Assembly: GCA_011364925.1 (NCBI GenBank)
Contig: RDOA01000012.1
Location: forward strand, 1-64,000
Origin: Promethearchaeota archaeon
GTDB lineage: Archaea > Asgardarchaeota > Lokiarchaeia > Sigyniarchaeales > SOKP01
Direction of reading: 5' to 3'
Length of the DNA stretch: 64,000 nt
The position numbers and the translations under genes were made by a program. Below the pieces are notes generated by a model that was not told the DNA's origin, ran no database searches, and saw nothing but the letters and a program-made list of their open reading frames with translations. Numbering within the stretch: the first letter of the stretch is position 1; each line of letters begins with the position of its first letter. Of the stretch, positions 47,029 through 57,530 are shown in pieces.

Positions 47029-48141
47029 TTATTTCAAAAAGTAGTCAAATAAAAGGAGTATAAATTCCATTATAAAAATAAAACTGAGCAAAATTTCAAG
47101 GTATAATAGGAATTTTTCATTGATATTAGTTTGAGTAACACTATATATATTTTCAAGCGTTTCCAAACTAAATCGTATACTTTTACTCCACTGTTCTAAT
47201 TGAAATAAGTCAGATAAATGTCTATATATTTCAGCTAAATAATAATCTCCAATTAATTTTGAGACGTTTTCAATATTTTGTAGTAAAAATAATAAATCAT
47301 ATCTTAATCTAATTAAACGTCCTAATTTCTTTTTTAATCTTCTAAATAAACTTCGACTTCTAAAATAAATTTTACGGATATCTTCTTCTGCTATTGCTAA
47401 CCTTCTATCTAAAAGCTTGTGTATTGCTCGTAATTCAAGTAATTGATAGTTTGCAATCTCAACAACAAGCAATATATCGTCATAATCTAAACTTGGATCA
47501 ATAATTAGACATCTATCAAAATCAAAGACTAGATAATCTTTTTTCAAAAATGAAAAAGTCTTTTTAAATGTATTATCAATTTGTTCTTTACTGAGATTTA
47601 ATTCAGGGTTTTCTCCCATAAGTAAAGCAGAAATATAATTCTTATTTTTCTCGACAAATTCTTTAGGGTTTCCAAGATCATCAGTTAAGCAATATAATGT
47701 GTATTTTTCATGTTCAGATTCACCAAATAGATAACCCTCTTCACCAATGCAATCTCTTATTTGCTTATACACTTTATTATGATGATATTTTAAAAAATTG
47801 TTTATTTGAAATTTACCATCATCAGTATTAAATGCGATTTTTTTCAATTTATGTAGCTCATTTAGAGGTAAATTGTGAAAATCAATCCTTGCAATCAAAG
47901 AAATTACGCCTTCTGCATAGATCTTAACATTTAATGATATTTTTTCAATATTTTTTAGTTCAGAAGTTATCTTCTGAGTAACTTCTAAATTTAATGGATC
48001 AGGAAAATCAACGTACGCAGGTGTGTCTTTAGTTTTGATAATCTTTTTATCTTGGATAGCAGGAATCAGAGTAGTAGCTTTTTTCAAGTCTATATTACGA
48101 CCAACATCAGTTAAACGTAAAAAAATTAGTTCTCCGTTCAA
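47029..48141 (-). CDS. RMD1/DUF155-like protein with C-terminal TM
   Basis: EIANYQLLELR, IGDYYLAEIY, LEILL plus TM helix. Confidence 0.65.
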   Translation of the reverse strand: MNGELIFLRLTDVGRNIDLKKATTLIPAIQDKKIIKTKDTPAYVDFPDPLNLEVTQKITSELKNIEKISLNVKIYAEGVISLIARIDFHNLPLNELHKLKKIAFNTDDGKFQINNFLKYHHNKVYKQIRDCIGEEGYLFGESEHEKYTLYCLTDDLGNPKEFVEKNKNYISALLMGENPELNLSKEQIDNTFKKTFSFLKKDYLVFDFDRCLIIDPSLDYDDILLVVEIANYQLLELRAIHKLLDRRLAIAEEDIRKIYFRSRSLFRRLKKKLGRLIRLRYDLLFLLQNIENVSKLIGDYYLAEIYRHLSDLFQLEQWSKSIRFSLETLENIYSVTQTNINEKFLLYLEILLSFIFIMEFILLLFDYFLK

Positions 48142-48259
48142 AACAAAATTTACCTTGATTAAATAAAAATTTTGTATCTAGTTGAATATACAGATTTTTT
48201 ACTTTTTAAAAAATTTTTTTACTTTAGAAATCTCATTATTTAATATAAATTAATGTAGT

Positions 48260-49672
48260 TTGATTTATGCACTGAAGGTTTTATTTTTGAGTGATTTAGA
48301 AGGTTTGACAAGAAGATTGTTAATACAAAATAAATCTGAAGAAGAAATTCTTAAAAGATTAGTTCAAGAATACATCGATTTTAAGGATATTAGTGAGGAG
48401 CTAGCATATAGGTTTGCAGAAGCAATCTTAGCAGAGTGCAAGGAAAGCGATATATCTCATGTTACAGAACCTTTTATTAGAGATCTTCTAGGAATAAATA
48501 AGGCTAACGTGACGGTAGGGAAACAAGGTGTTGGATGTCGAGGTGTAGGAGATTTTTTTGTTCATAAATTAATAGCAAATTTATCAGAGACTAAAAAACA
48601 ACCTTTTTTATCTCCAACTTCTTTGGATGACGCTGGAGCAGTTAAATTGGGGGATTTAGAAAGAAAGGATGAAATTATAATCGTTTCTAAAATGGAGGGT
48701 ATTCACAGTCGATTGAGTGATTTTCCTTTTATCTGTGGATTTCACGTTACTCGAGCGTGTCTACGAGATTTGTATGTAAAAGGAGCAGAACCTTTTTCGA
48801 TTATGGTTGATGTACATTTAGCTGATGATGCTGATGTGGGAAAATTATTTGACTTTATAGCAGGAGTTTCCACGGTTGCTGAATTATCAGGTGTACCTAT
48901 AACTGCCGGTTCTACACTTAGAATCGGGGGAGATATGGTTATTGGAAATAGGTTAGTAGGAGGGATTAGCGCAGTAGGAATCGCTCGAAATCAATTATTG
49001 GCAAGACGCAATATTCAAGTTGGAGATAAAATATTGATGACTGAAGGGGCGGGAGGTGGAACAATAACCACTACAGCAATATATTCGGGAAACCATAATG
49101 TTGTAACCGAGACAATGAATATAAAGTTCCTTGAAGCTTGTAAGACAATTTTAAATTCGAATTACATCAATGAAATTCATGCTATGTGTGACGTGACGAA
49201 CGGAGGTCTTAGAGGTGATCTCTATGAAATAAACTATGAAGCTAAAGCGGGTGTAACAATCTACGAGAAAAATGTCCGAAATCTTGTTAATCCTAAGGTT
49301 CTGGAACTATTAGAAAAACAGGGAGTTGATTATTTGGGTGTGTCTCTTGATGCTCTTTTGATTTATTGTCCAGAAAGCGTTTCAGAACAAATAATTAATG
49401 ATTTAACAGCCCAGAATATTAGTTGCTCTGAAATCGGGTATGTTGATGATTCTAACCAAGTAAACATGGTTTTTGAAGGGGAAGAAAAAAAATTAATACT
49501 CCCCCAATTCCGAGAATCTGCCTATACCAGAATTAAACAAGAAATAGGAAATGGAACTCCTGAAATGATTCAAGAAATGGAAATGAAGATTGAAAAAGCT
49601 GCTTCCGAAGCTTTGAAAAAGAAGGAAAGAATTACCGAATATATTAAAAATAAAAGTTTAAAAATAGAGTAG
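48260..49672 (+). CDS. AIR synthase (PurM)-related protein; start probably TTG at 48287
   Basis: GVGCRG.GDFFVH, DDAG, GIHSRLS, DVTNGG. Confidence 0.85.
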   Translation: MIYALKVLFLSDLEGLTRRLLIQNKSEEEILKRLVQEYIDFKDISEELAYRFAEAILAECKESDISHVTEPFIRDLLGINKANVTVGKQGVGCRGVGDFFVHKLIANLSETKKQPFLSPTSLDDAGAVKLGDLERKDEIIIVSKMEGIHSRLSDFPFICGFHVTRACLRDLYVKGAEPFSIMVDVHLADDADVGKLFDFIAGVSTVAELSGVPITAGSTLRIGGDMVIGNRLVGGISAVGIARNQLLARRNIQVGDKILMTEGAGGGTITTTAIYSGNHNVVTETMNIKFLEACKTILNSNYINEIHAMCDVTNGGLRGDLYEINYEAKAGVTIYEKNVRNLVNPKVLELLEKQGVDYLGVSLDALLIYCPESVSEQIINDLTAQNISCSEIGYVDDSNQVNMVFEGEEKKLILPQFRESAYTRIKQEIGNGTPEMIQEMEMKIEKAASEALKKKERITEYIKNKSLKIE

Positions 49673-49675
49673 TGT

Positions 49676-50422
49676 TTGATTTTGTTAGTCAAATTTTTAG
49701 GTACAAATGGTTGGTATTCCACATTCAGTAATACTACTTGTACTTTAATCGATTCGGATAATTATTACATTGTCTTCGATGCTGGAGATGGAATATATAA
49801 ATTAGATAATTATATTCAAGAAATTAAACCTATAATTATATTTCTTAGTCATACGCATCTTGATCACATTATTGGATTACATATTTTAAGTAAATTTAGA
49901 TTCAAACAAGAAGTTAAAATTTATGGGTATAAAGGAACTAGAAATGCTTTAAACACTCTTTTAAACCATCCATTCACCACAGCTTTATCCGATTTACCCA
50001 GTAAGATTGAAATCTGTGATTTCAAGGAAGGTATACATAATAATCCATTAAATTTTACAAGTAAAAAGCTTATTCATTCAGATGTTTGTGTTGGTTTTAA
50101 AATTAATATAGAAAATAGAATAATTTCATATTGTACCGATACAGGTGTGTGTGATAACTTGTATTCATTGTCAGAAAATGCTGATTTATTAATTAGCGAA
50201 TGTTCATATAAACCTGGACAGGAGAAATGGGGTTGGCCTCATCTTAAACCCGAGGAGATTGCTCTTGTAGCAAAAAACTCTAATGTTCAGCAGCTAATTC
50301 TTACTCATTTTGACGCTAGTATTTTTCTATCTATGGAAGAACGAAAAAGAACCGTTAAAAAGGCAAAAAAGATTTTTCCACAAACAATTGCCGCTTATGA
50401 TGGATTAGAATTGACATTATAA
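49676..50422 (+). CDS. Metallo-beta-lactamase fold hydrolase (RNase Z-like)
   Basis: FLGT, DAGDG, SHTHLDHIIG, TDT, LILTH, AYDGL. Confidence 0.88.
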   Translation: MILLVKFLGTNGWYSTFSNTTCTLIDSDNYYIVFDAGDGIYKLDNYIQEIKPIIIFLSHTHLDHIIGLHILSKFRFKQEVKIYGYKGTRNALNTLLNHPFTTALSDLPSKIEICDFKEGIHNNPLNFTSKKLIHSDVCVGFKINIENRIISYCTDTGVCDNLYSLSENADLLISECSYKPGQEKWGWPHLKPEEIALVAKNSNVQQLILTHFDASIFLSMEERKRTVKKAKKIFPQTIAAYDGLELTL

Positions 50423-50495
50423 CATGATCTAGATATTAGAAAGAATTTTATTTGTAATCAATTAATAATTTATCGGGAAATTTATTCAAAAAATA

Positions 50496-50681
50496 ATGAA
50501 ACAAGAAATTGGAGAAGGTACACCTCACCAAAAAGATGATATGGAAAAAGTGATTGGTATAGTTGCTAAAAAATCGTCAGAAAAACGAAATAGCATGATA
50601 AATTATATTAAAAACATTCAATTTAAAAAAATAAAAAAAAGAATAGAAGTTTTAATAATTCTTGACTTTATATTTCTGTAA
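50496..50681 (+). pseudogene. Relic copy of the C-terminus of the AIR synthase-related gene
   Basis: KQEIGEGTP..KDDME......AKKSSEKRNSMINYIKN aligns with KQEIGNGTP..IQEME......ASEALKKKERITEYIKN. Confidence 0.7.
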
Positions 50682-51689
50682 TTTGAAGATTTTATAGAAA
50701 TCTTCTATGGTTGTTAGACATACTATCACTATTAAAGCAACGAAACCTAGCCTATATATATTATAGAATTCTACTGGAATTCCCACTTGAATCCATGGTT
50801 CTGAGAAGTAAGGAAATATCTCAGGTCGGTTCATTAAATATAAAAGCAGTGGAATCCATAAGAATTTAACAGCTATTATGAAGCCATGAAGTATTTGATG
50901 AGTTTCTGGTTTTCTATTACCAATAATTCCACGAGCAATATCCAAAATACATTCGAAAATCAAAAGTAAACCAGCAAATCTGAGAGCTACTAAGAAGTCA
51001 GAGATAAACATAAATGTTGGGAACGGCTGAAAAAGCAATAAAACCCCGAATATTAAGCCAATGCTAGCAGCAATGACTTCACCAATAGGCTTAATAAATG
51101 GTTTTAAAGGTTTAGCTGTTATTTCTGATACAGTCAAACCTGCTTCCTCAGATTTTTCTTGTTCTGACTTAAGTAATCTTTGCTTTTTCTTAGATTTAAA
51201 ATCTTCTGGGAAATACCCCTCCATGGATAAAACTACAAATATAATTGATATTATAACAAATGATGCCAGTAAACCCATTTGGATCCCTGTGACAAATCCA
51301 TCAATTAACAGTTCCCATGAGATAACCTCGGTTAAGATGCTAGCAATCATTCCCACTAAATTAAGAGTAATTATTACTGCAAATACAATTCCTAACACTC
51401 GAGTATATACAGGCCACATTTGTTTAGTAATATATACCTTTGGATCTCCACGTCGCTTGTACTTTTTTGCAATACTCTGAGGAGTGCCCATCTGAGCGAT
51501 GGCTTTTCTTACTGATTGTTCGGTAGTTTGCTCTGTCTCCGATATTTCTGCAGCTTTTTGCCATATATGCTTTTCTAGTTCGGCTAATATTTCTTTATGT
51601 TCACTTTTATCTTTTAACCAATCAGGAAAAGATTTCTTCACTTTCTTCATAAATTCTTTAACTAATTCTTCTTGATTTTGTTGATTCAT
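50652..51689 (-). CDS. HAAS-domain membrane protein
   Basis: EILAELEKHI...AIAQMGTPQSIAKKY followed by several TMs. Confidence 0.8.
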   Translation of the reverse strand: MNQQNQEELVKEFMKKVKKSFPDWLKDKSEHKEILAELEKHIWQKAAEISETEQTTEQSVRKAIAQMGTPQSIAKKYKRRGDPKVYITKQMWPVYTRVLGIVFAVIITLNLVGMIASILTEVISWELLIDGFVTGIQMGLLASFVIISIIFVVLSMEGYFPEDFKSKKKQRLLKSEQEKSEEAGLTVSEITAKPLKPFIKPIGEVIAASIGLIFGVLLLFQPFPTFMFISDFLVALRFAGLLLIFECILDIARGIIGNRKPETHQILHGFIIAVKFLWIPLLLYLMNRPEIFPYFSEPWIQVGIPVEFYNIYRLGFVALIVIVCLTTIEDFYKIFKLQKYKVKNY

Positions 51690-51711
51690 ATTTATTACCT
51701 CGTGATTTTAA

Positions 51712-52150
51712 TTAGCGTTCAATATTATGCCTATAAACATCGCAAAATAGAAGTTCGTTATTAGAGAGATTTGATTAATAAGTTCAATTAAGATAGAAGA
51801 TATAGCGATCTAGTTTTAGATTTACATTTACATTAAATAGGGGAGCTAAAGCTTCTATTAATTTAGAAAAAATCCCTCTAAATAGTTGAATACTTATATA
51901 CCATAATTTTTCATAATATAAAACTTTTTTCTTCTTCCGAGTTTATCTGGTTTATATTTTATAATTCTTTCCCCTTCAGTCTTTATTAATGTGTGGTATA
52001 ACGTACCATCGTTAATTAATTGAATTTTGGTTATAACTTAGAATAAATCTTCTGAAATTTGAAAGCCATGCACAAATTCATCACTATTGCTCATGATATT
52101 CATTAAAGTACCCAAAATAGGTATTGATCTTTTGAATATTGATTTTAATT
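51712..52150 (-). pseudogene. Degraded PadR-family regulator (not in the ORF track)
   Basis: ...EFVHGFQISEDLF*...DGTLYHTL...GRRKKFY...YGI*VFNYLEGFF/frameshift/SKLIEALAPLF...; lies directly upstream of the HAAS gene. Confidence 0.75.
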
Positions 52151-52225
52151 TAGTGGTACATCCTAAAAATTTAGAATCTAATACTTAAGGACTTTAGAAG
52201 GAAAATAATATTACACTTATTATTA

Positions 52226-53062
52226 TTATCTATTCTCTTCATTAAGAATTAAGATTTCATTCAGTGAACCTGATCTAAATCCTTCTAAATCGATTGTAAC
52301 ATAACAAAAACCTAATTCTTTTAATTTAGTCTTAATATCTTCAATGTTTTCATCCGTCATAACCTTCGAAATATCTTTTGGTAATAGTTCGATTCGCGCT
52401 AGTTTACCATCGTGAAGCCTGACTCGTAACTGATTTAAATCGTAAGAATTTTTCAAGAATTTTTCAGCTTCTCTTATCATATTTAATTTTTCCTCGTTAA
52501 TCTCCTGATTATAGGGGATTCGGGACGAAAAACACGCCATGGAAGGCTTTGATTGCACATCTAAATTAAAGTACTTACAGATTTCTCTAATTTCTTGCTT
52601 ATTGATCTTGTAATCTATATAAGGAGTAACAATATTTAGTTCCTTTAAGGCTTGCATACCTGGTCTATAATCAGATAAATCATCGAGATTTGACCCATCT
52701 AAGATTATATCAAAGTTCCTTTCTGCTTTAATTTTAATTATGTCTTCGTACAAACCTGTTTTGCAGATATAGCACCTATTTTTAGGATTGATGCGAAAAT
52801 TTTCGTCCTCTAAGGGATTACGCTCTATTATTAAATGATTTATATTATGATTTTGTGCAAATTCACTAGTTAATCGAATCTCATCGTCAGGATAGAGGAT
52901 TGATTTTTCAGTTACTAGCAAAGTTTCTTTAGCATATTTATTAGACAGGTATGCTAATAAACTGCTATCAACACCTCCAGAAAATGCAACTATCGCTTTT
53001 TTACTTTTTAAGAAGGTTACTAGACTTTCCAACTTATTTTTCAGATTTTTAGGCAAATCCAT
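52226..53062 (-). CDS. larE: ATP-dependent sacrificial sulfur transferase LarE
   Basis: AFSGGVDS, RCYICK, DGSN.DD..DYRPG, KPSMACFSSRIPY, RVRLH, GFRSGS. Confidence 0.93.
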   Translation of the reverse strand: MDLPKNLKNKLESLVTFLKSKKAIVAFSGGVDSSLLAYLSNKYAKETLLVTEKSILYPDDEIRLTSEFAQNHNINHLIIERNPLEDENFRINPKNRCYICKTGLYEDIIKIKAERNFDIILDGSNLDDLSDYRPGMQALKELNIVTPYIDYKINKQEIREICKYFNLDVQSKPSMACFSSRIPYNQEINEEKLNMIREAEKFLKNSYDLNQLRVRLHDGKLARIELLPKDISKVMTDENIEDIKTKLKELGFCYVTIDLEGFRSGSLNEILILNEENR

Positions 53063-53138
53063 CGTTAACCTAATTCCTTAGAACACATGAAGAAAAATAA
53101 ATTTTTATTTTAAAAAATATAAATACATTTCTTTTTGT

Positions 53139-53891
53139 TTAGGTTTTATTAATTTCATCTGATTTAAAGCTCCTTAATATGAGAAACGCTATAGGTATTA
53201 ACCAAATAAACGCAGAAAAAAGCATCATCCATTCAAGAAAAGATCTCGTTGTTGTAATCGGTGGAAAAATAAACAATATAGTTGCAATAAATGGTCCTAC
53301 CATCATGTAGAGCCCTAACAATCTCGGAAAGAGTGTCTTTTTTAAGTAAAAAAGGATGGCTATTCCATTAAGAAACGCTCCAATAGCTAGTCCTGCGAAT
53401 ACAATAACTGAAAATGTAAAATGTAATCCCAATTTGGTGGTTCTATCCTCACTAAATAATCCCACTCCAAACAATCCAACTGCGCCTGCAAGGAGAGAAA
53501 GCAATCCAAAAAAAGCAATTACATCAAGATGGATATAATAAATTCTTTTAAATAGTGAATTATTTGAATCAAGAATAATACTTTCAGTTCCTGACATTAA
53601 TATTTTTGTCATGTAGAAGAAAACAGGTACGAGAAAACAAGCGGTTATCATCGCAATAGTATCTAAAATTAGAGGAGCAGGAGTAAACCGAATAGATCCT
53701 AAATCACTAATGTAGTTGTCAATTATATTATAACTTTCTGGACCAAAAAAATATGCGATTATCACCCCAATAAGGAGTCCAGGCAAGAAAGTTACTAAAC
53801 TTACATAAACACATATTTTAATTAAGTTTTGATTTAAAAATTGGTTAAAAAAACGATTAATTGGCAATACTATTGAATTAAGCAGGCTCAT
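53139..53891 (-). CDS. DUF998-like membrane protein
   Basis: YNIIDNYISDLG, GVGLFSED...LH, several TMs. Confidence 0.75.
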   Translation of the reverse strand: MSLLNSIVLPINRFFNQFLNQNLIKICVYVSLVTFLPGLLIGVIIAYFFGPESYNIIDNYISDLGSIRFTPAPLILDTIAMITACFLVPVFFYMTKILMSGTESIILDSNNSLFKRIYYIHLDVIAFFGLLSLLAGAVGLFGVGLFSEDRTTKLGLHFTFSVIVFAGLAIGAFLNGIAILFYLKKTLFPRLLGLYMMVGPFIATILFIFPPITTTRSFLEWMMLFSAFIWLIPIAFLILRSFKSDEINKT

Positions 53892-54082
53892 GCATGGTAA
53901 AATTTATACTTGCGTTTAAAATTATGGTAAAATAAAAAATTGAAACAAAATAAGAATTGAATAAAGGAACAAGATAACTTTAATAAAGGTTGTATAGTAA
54001 CATAGAATATTGAGAATCTTTCTTAATACTAATGCTTTAAAGTATCAGAATTTAGGAAATTAAACAAATCTAATATCTATAG

Positions 54083-54658
54083 GTGGATATAATGACATTT
54101 CTAAATAATTTGTGGCTTTTTTATGGTATTGATTATATTATTGCTTATTCTACTCAAATATGGGCAAATCGTAAAAGAGGAGAGCCTTTTGATGATCCTG
54201 AATTTTTATTTTCTGATAAAAAGATTGTAGTTATTGCATTATTGTGGCTTTTTGGAGGATTAATAATTAGTCTATTTGTTCCTGTAAATCTTGGGTTGTT
54301 ATTTTATATTGGCTTTCCACTCAATATATTGGGCTTAGTTATTGGAGAACTTTCTCTGTATTCTTTTGCTCACAATAAGGGGCTTACTACGTCTAGAATT
54401 CATCGCTACTCGAGAAATCCCATATATGTTGGAACGACAATCATGTATTTGGGCTTAACATTGATGGGTTTGTCGGAATCAATCTGGAGCATCGTCTTCT
54501 TTATTTATTTTATTGTTACTATACCATATTTCCACTGGACTGTTCTCCTTGAGGAAGCTTTTTTAATCAAGAAATATGGTGATCGGTACCAACAATATTT
54601 AAAAATTACTCCAAGATATCTTGGAATACCAAAAAAAAGAACTGAAATTTCTTCATAA
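54083..54658 (+). CDS. Isoprenylcysteine carboxyl methyltransferase / PEMT family membrane protein
   Basis: YSRNPIY.G, EEAFL..KYG..Y..Y...TPRY. Confidence 0.85.
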   Translation: MDIMTFLNNLWLFYGIDYIIAYSTQIWANRKRGEPFDDPEFLFSDKKIVVIALLWLFGGLIISLFVPVNLGLLFYIGFPLNILGLVIGELSLYSFAHNKGLTTSRIHRYSRNPIYVGTTIMYLGLTLMGLSESIWSIVFFIYFIVTIPYFHWTVLLEEAFLIKKYGDRYQQYLKITPRYLGIPKKRTEISS

Positions 54659-54739
54659 GATAATAGTTAATTCAAATTCATTTCTATTTAAGTTAGTTAA
54701 TCAGAACTTATTATTAATTAAAAAAAAAAGGAAAAATAA

Positions 54740-55975
54740 TTAGTAAATTTTCTTTAATTTAGCATATTTCCCAACCTTAACGAAGTGTTCGATTATCCCG
54801 ATAATAATTCCGATGATAATTATTATAATGACCCAGAAATAAACAATATACTCAGGATTTGCAGGGTTTATCGATGGGATGGTACCGCCTGATAACAACG
54901 AAATTGGGAATATTTCTGGTTGGTTAAGGAGTAATAAGAACACAGGAATGTAGGCTAGGTTGTATATTGCTCCTATGACTAAAAATACTTGTTGTCCTGT
55001 GTAATTACTTACTCCAATGACGAGTCGAATTAGATCAATTAATCCACTGACAAAAACTAAGAATCCAAAAAGTTTAAGCCAATTAAGGAAAGCTGCGTCA
55101 ATCCCCGTGACTGGAAAAGGTTGGATTATTAAAATTAAGCCAAAAATAATTCCCGCAGACATACCAAAGATTAGTTCACCCACAGTAACAGGTTGAGTCT
55201 TTTTAACTAACTTTTTCTGTTTTGCTTCTTCTATTTTTTGCTTTCTTAACGCTTTTGCTTCCTCTAATTTTTGTTTTCGAAGAATTTCAGCTTCTGCTCG
55301 TTTTTCTTCCCTTAAGGCTTTAGTCTCTGCGATTCTTTCTTCTATTCTGACTTTAGCTGCAGCTAGTTTTTCTCTTGCAAGCATTCTAGCCTCTTCTATA
55401 CGTTGTTGGGTGTAAGCTCTTGCTTCAGCCATATCTTCTTCAGTAAAAGTAAATGGGAAAATAAGAGCTAGGCGTTTGGGGATGACCCCAAAATCTTCGG
55501 GTAAAAAGCCCTCCATCGAAAAATAAACAAACGCTATTGTTATAACAATAGCAGCAATTAAACACCCTATCCAGATTCCAGAGAACATTCCTCCTAATAC
55601 TTCCCACCAAAGTCTAAAGAAGAATTGAAACACTGCGACTATGATATTGATGAAAATGACAACCCCAAAAAAGAAGAATAAGGTTCTTAAGTAAAAATCA
55701 AAAAGCTCTTTAGTTATATAGAATTTGGGTGTTCCTCGGTTTTTATATAGCTTCGCTATGCTTTGAGGAGTTCCCAGTCGCCTTATAGCTTCTTCGATAT
55801 CAGCGTCAGTTATTTCTTCTCCTCGGGCAATTGCTCTTGCTTCACCGTATAGCTGAGCTTCTAAATCTTCTAAAACATTCTTCAATTCTTCTTCTTTCCA
55901 TTTTAACCATTCAGGAAGTTTTTGTTTCACTTGGTTAATATAATTTTTAACAATCTGATTTTCAGATTCACTCAT
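54740..55975 (-). CDS. HAAS-domain membrane protein with internal coiled-coil insert
   Basis: Paralog of 50652..51689 (LPEWLK, GTPQSIAK, SMEGF.PEDF, QPFP); 11-residue-like EEAKALRKQK repeats. Confidence 0.82.
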   Translation of the reverse strand: MSESENQIVKNYINQVKQKLPEWLKWKEEELKNVLEDLEAQLYGEARAIARGEEITDADIEEAIRRLGTPQSIAKLYKNRGTPKFYITKELFDFYLRTLFFFFGVVIFINIIVAVFQFFFRLWWEVLGGMFSGIWIGCLIAAIVITIAFVYFSMEGFLPEDFGVIPKRLALIFPFTFTEEDMAEARAYTQQRIEEARMLAREKLAAAKVRIEERIAETKALREEKRAEAEILRKQKLEEAKALRKQKIEEAKQKKLVKKTQPVTVGELIFGMSAGIIFGLILIIQPFPVTGIDAAFLNWLKLFGFLVFVSGLIDLIRLVIGVSNYTGQQVFLVIGAIYNLAYIPVFLLLLNQPEIFPISLLSGGTIPSINPANPEYIVYFWVIIIIIIGIIIGIIEHFVKVGKYAKLKKIY

Positions 55976-56102
55976 GATAATTCATTAGTTTGTTTTATAT
56001 CTTTGATTAGAAAATAATCCAATATTTTTATAATTTGTAATACCTAAATTCTATTAAATAAAATGGAGACCGATTTTCGATAAGAGTTAGGTAAAGATAC
56101 AT

Positions 56103-57530
56103 ATGAAAGAAATTCCATTGAAGACTAAAGAAAAAGCAAAGAGAAGACAGTTTGGTCTGCATTTAACCTCCGTAGACATATTTTATAAATATATCTTTCC
56201 TGAAATTAAAGATCGCCTTGAAGATTATTTATGGGTCGATCTCTACGCAGGTGAAGGTAATCTAATCCTACCGATACTAGAAGAAATCCCCGTAGATCAG
56301 CGAATAACTTTCTTTCAAAATCATATTTATTTATATGATATTCAAAAAGACATGGTTCAGAAGTGCATTAAAAATGCAGAATGTTATGGGATTCCAAAAG
56401 AAATAGCGGAAAACAAGATAAAAATACGGGATAATCTTGGAGATTTCCCCCAAATCTTAAAAAAACAAAATTGTTCTATATTTCACGTAACAAATCCACC
56501 ATATCTATACTTGGGCTATATTCGAAAGCATAATGAAACTAAAAAGTATCTAGAATATTTTGAAGGATTAAACAAGGGATACCAAGATTTATATCAAATT
56601 GCAATGATGAATGATTTGCGAAACGAAATAGGAGATTTAATATATGTCATTCCAACTAATTTCTTATTTGGAGCTTCTGTTTCAAATAAGTTTCGAGCAG
56701 ATTTTTTGAAATTTTACACAATTACAAAAATGATTATATTTGAAACATCAATGTTTGATTATACAGGTACAAATATATGTATCTGTTTTCTTAAAAGAAA
56801 AGAATTTCCTAGAGACAATCCTCAATTATTCGAAGGTTTAAAGTTTAAAGATAAAAAAATTTCGCTGAAGAGATATTACAATTTAAAGCCGAAATACAAG
56901 TACCGTGCTGGTTCAGAGTTTGACACATTTTTAGAAGAAAGCCGTGCTCAAAATACACTTAAGATAAGTTATTACTTTAAAAAGGAGGAAGTGGTTAATA
57001 ATCCAGGATCCTTAGAAATCAAAGTTATTGATGCTAATAAATATGAGAACAATCAATATAAGAATTTGATTCTTAAGGTGAATAACAAGTTGAGTGAAAA
57101 GTTAAGGAACAACATTCTTTATGCTCAAACTGTTGATACTGGTTCCATTGATGGAAGAGTAGGATTAGGAATTATTAAGGAACATTTCGGAGTCGACGGG
57201 ATATTTGTTTCGGGAAATACTTATCGAACTCATCCCATTCAGATTTTTCTCGAACCTGTACTTGCTTATAACGACCAAATTTTATTAAGAAATTATTTTA
57301 ATATAATCCTAGAATATTTTAGGAGGGAACTCGATAGTGAATTTTTAACTACATATAAATATTCTAACGCAGATTATACGAGAAAATATTTAGGGCTTAC
57401 TCAAGTTAGGGGTTTGATCGAAACATTTCCGTACGACTTTAAAGAGAGTGATAAGAATTCTTTAAAATCATATATAAAGAAGAATGAGATTAAAAACATT
57501 TTTAAGCTAATTCGTGAAGCTAGCAATTAA
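56103..57530 (+). CDS. N6-adenine DNA methyltransferase (motif I before motif IV), orphan
   Basis: QFG.H.T, DLYAGEG, TNPPY, DLY, IPTNFL. Confidence 0.85.
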   Translation: MKEIPLKTKEKAKRRQFGLHLTSVDIFYKYIFPEIKDRLEDYLWVDLYAGEGNLILPILEEIPVDQRITFFQNHIYLYDIQKDMVQKCIKNAECYGIPKEIAENKIKIRDNLGDFPQILKKQNCSIFHVTNPPYLYLGYIRKHNETKKYLEYFEGLNKGYQDLYQIAMMNDLRNEIGDLIYVIPTNFLFGASVSNKFRADFLKFYTITKMIIFETSMFDYTGTNICICFLKRKEFPRDNPQLFEGLKFKDKKISLKRYYNLKPKYKYRAGSEFDTFLEESRAQNTLKISYYFKKEEVVNNPGSLEIKVIDANKYENNQYKNLILKVNNKLSEKLRNNILYAQTVDTGSIDGRVGLGIIKEHFGVDGIFVSGNTYRTHPIQIFLEPVLAYNDQILLRNYFNIILEYFRRELDSEFLTTYKYSNADYTRKYLGLTQVRGLIETFPYDFKESDKNSLKSYIKKNEIKNIFKLIREASN

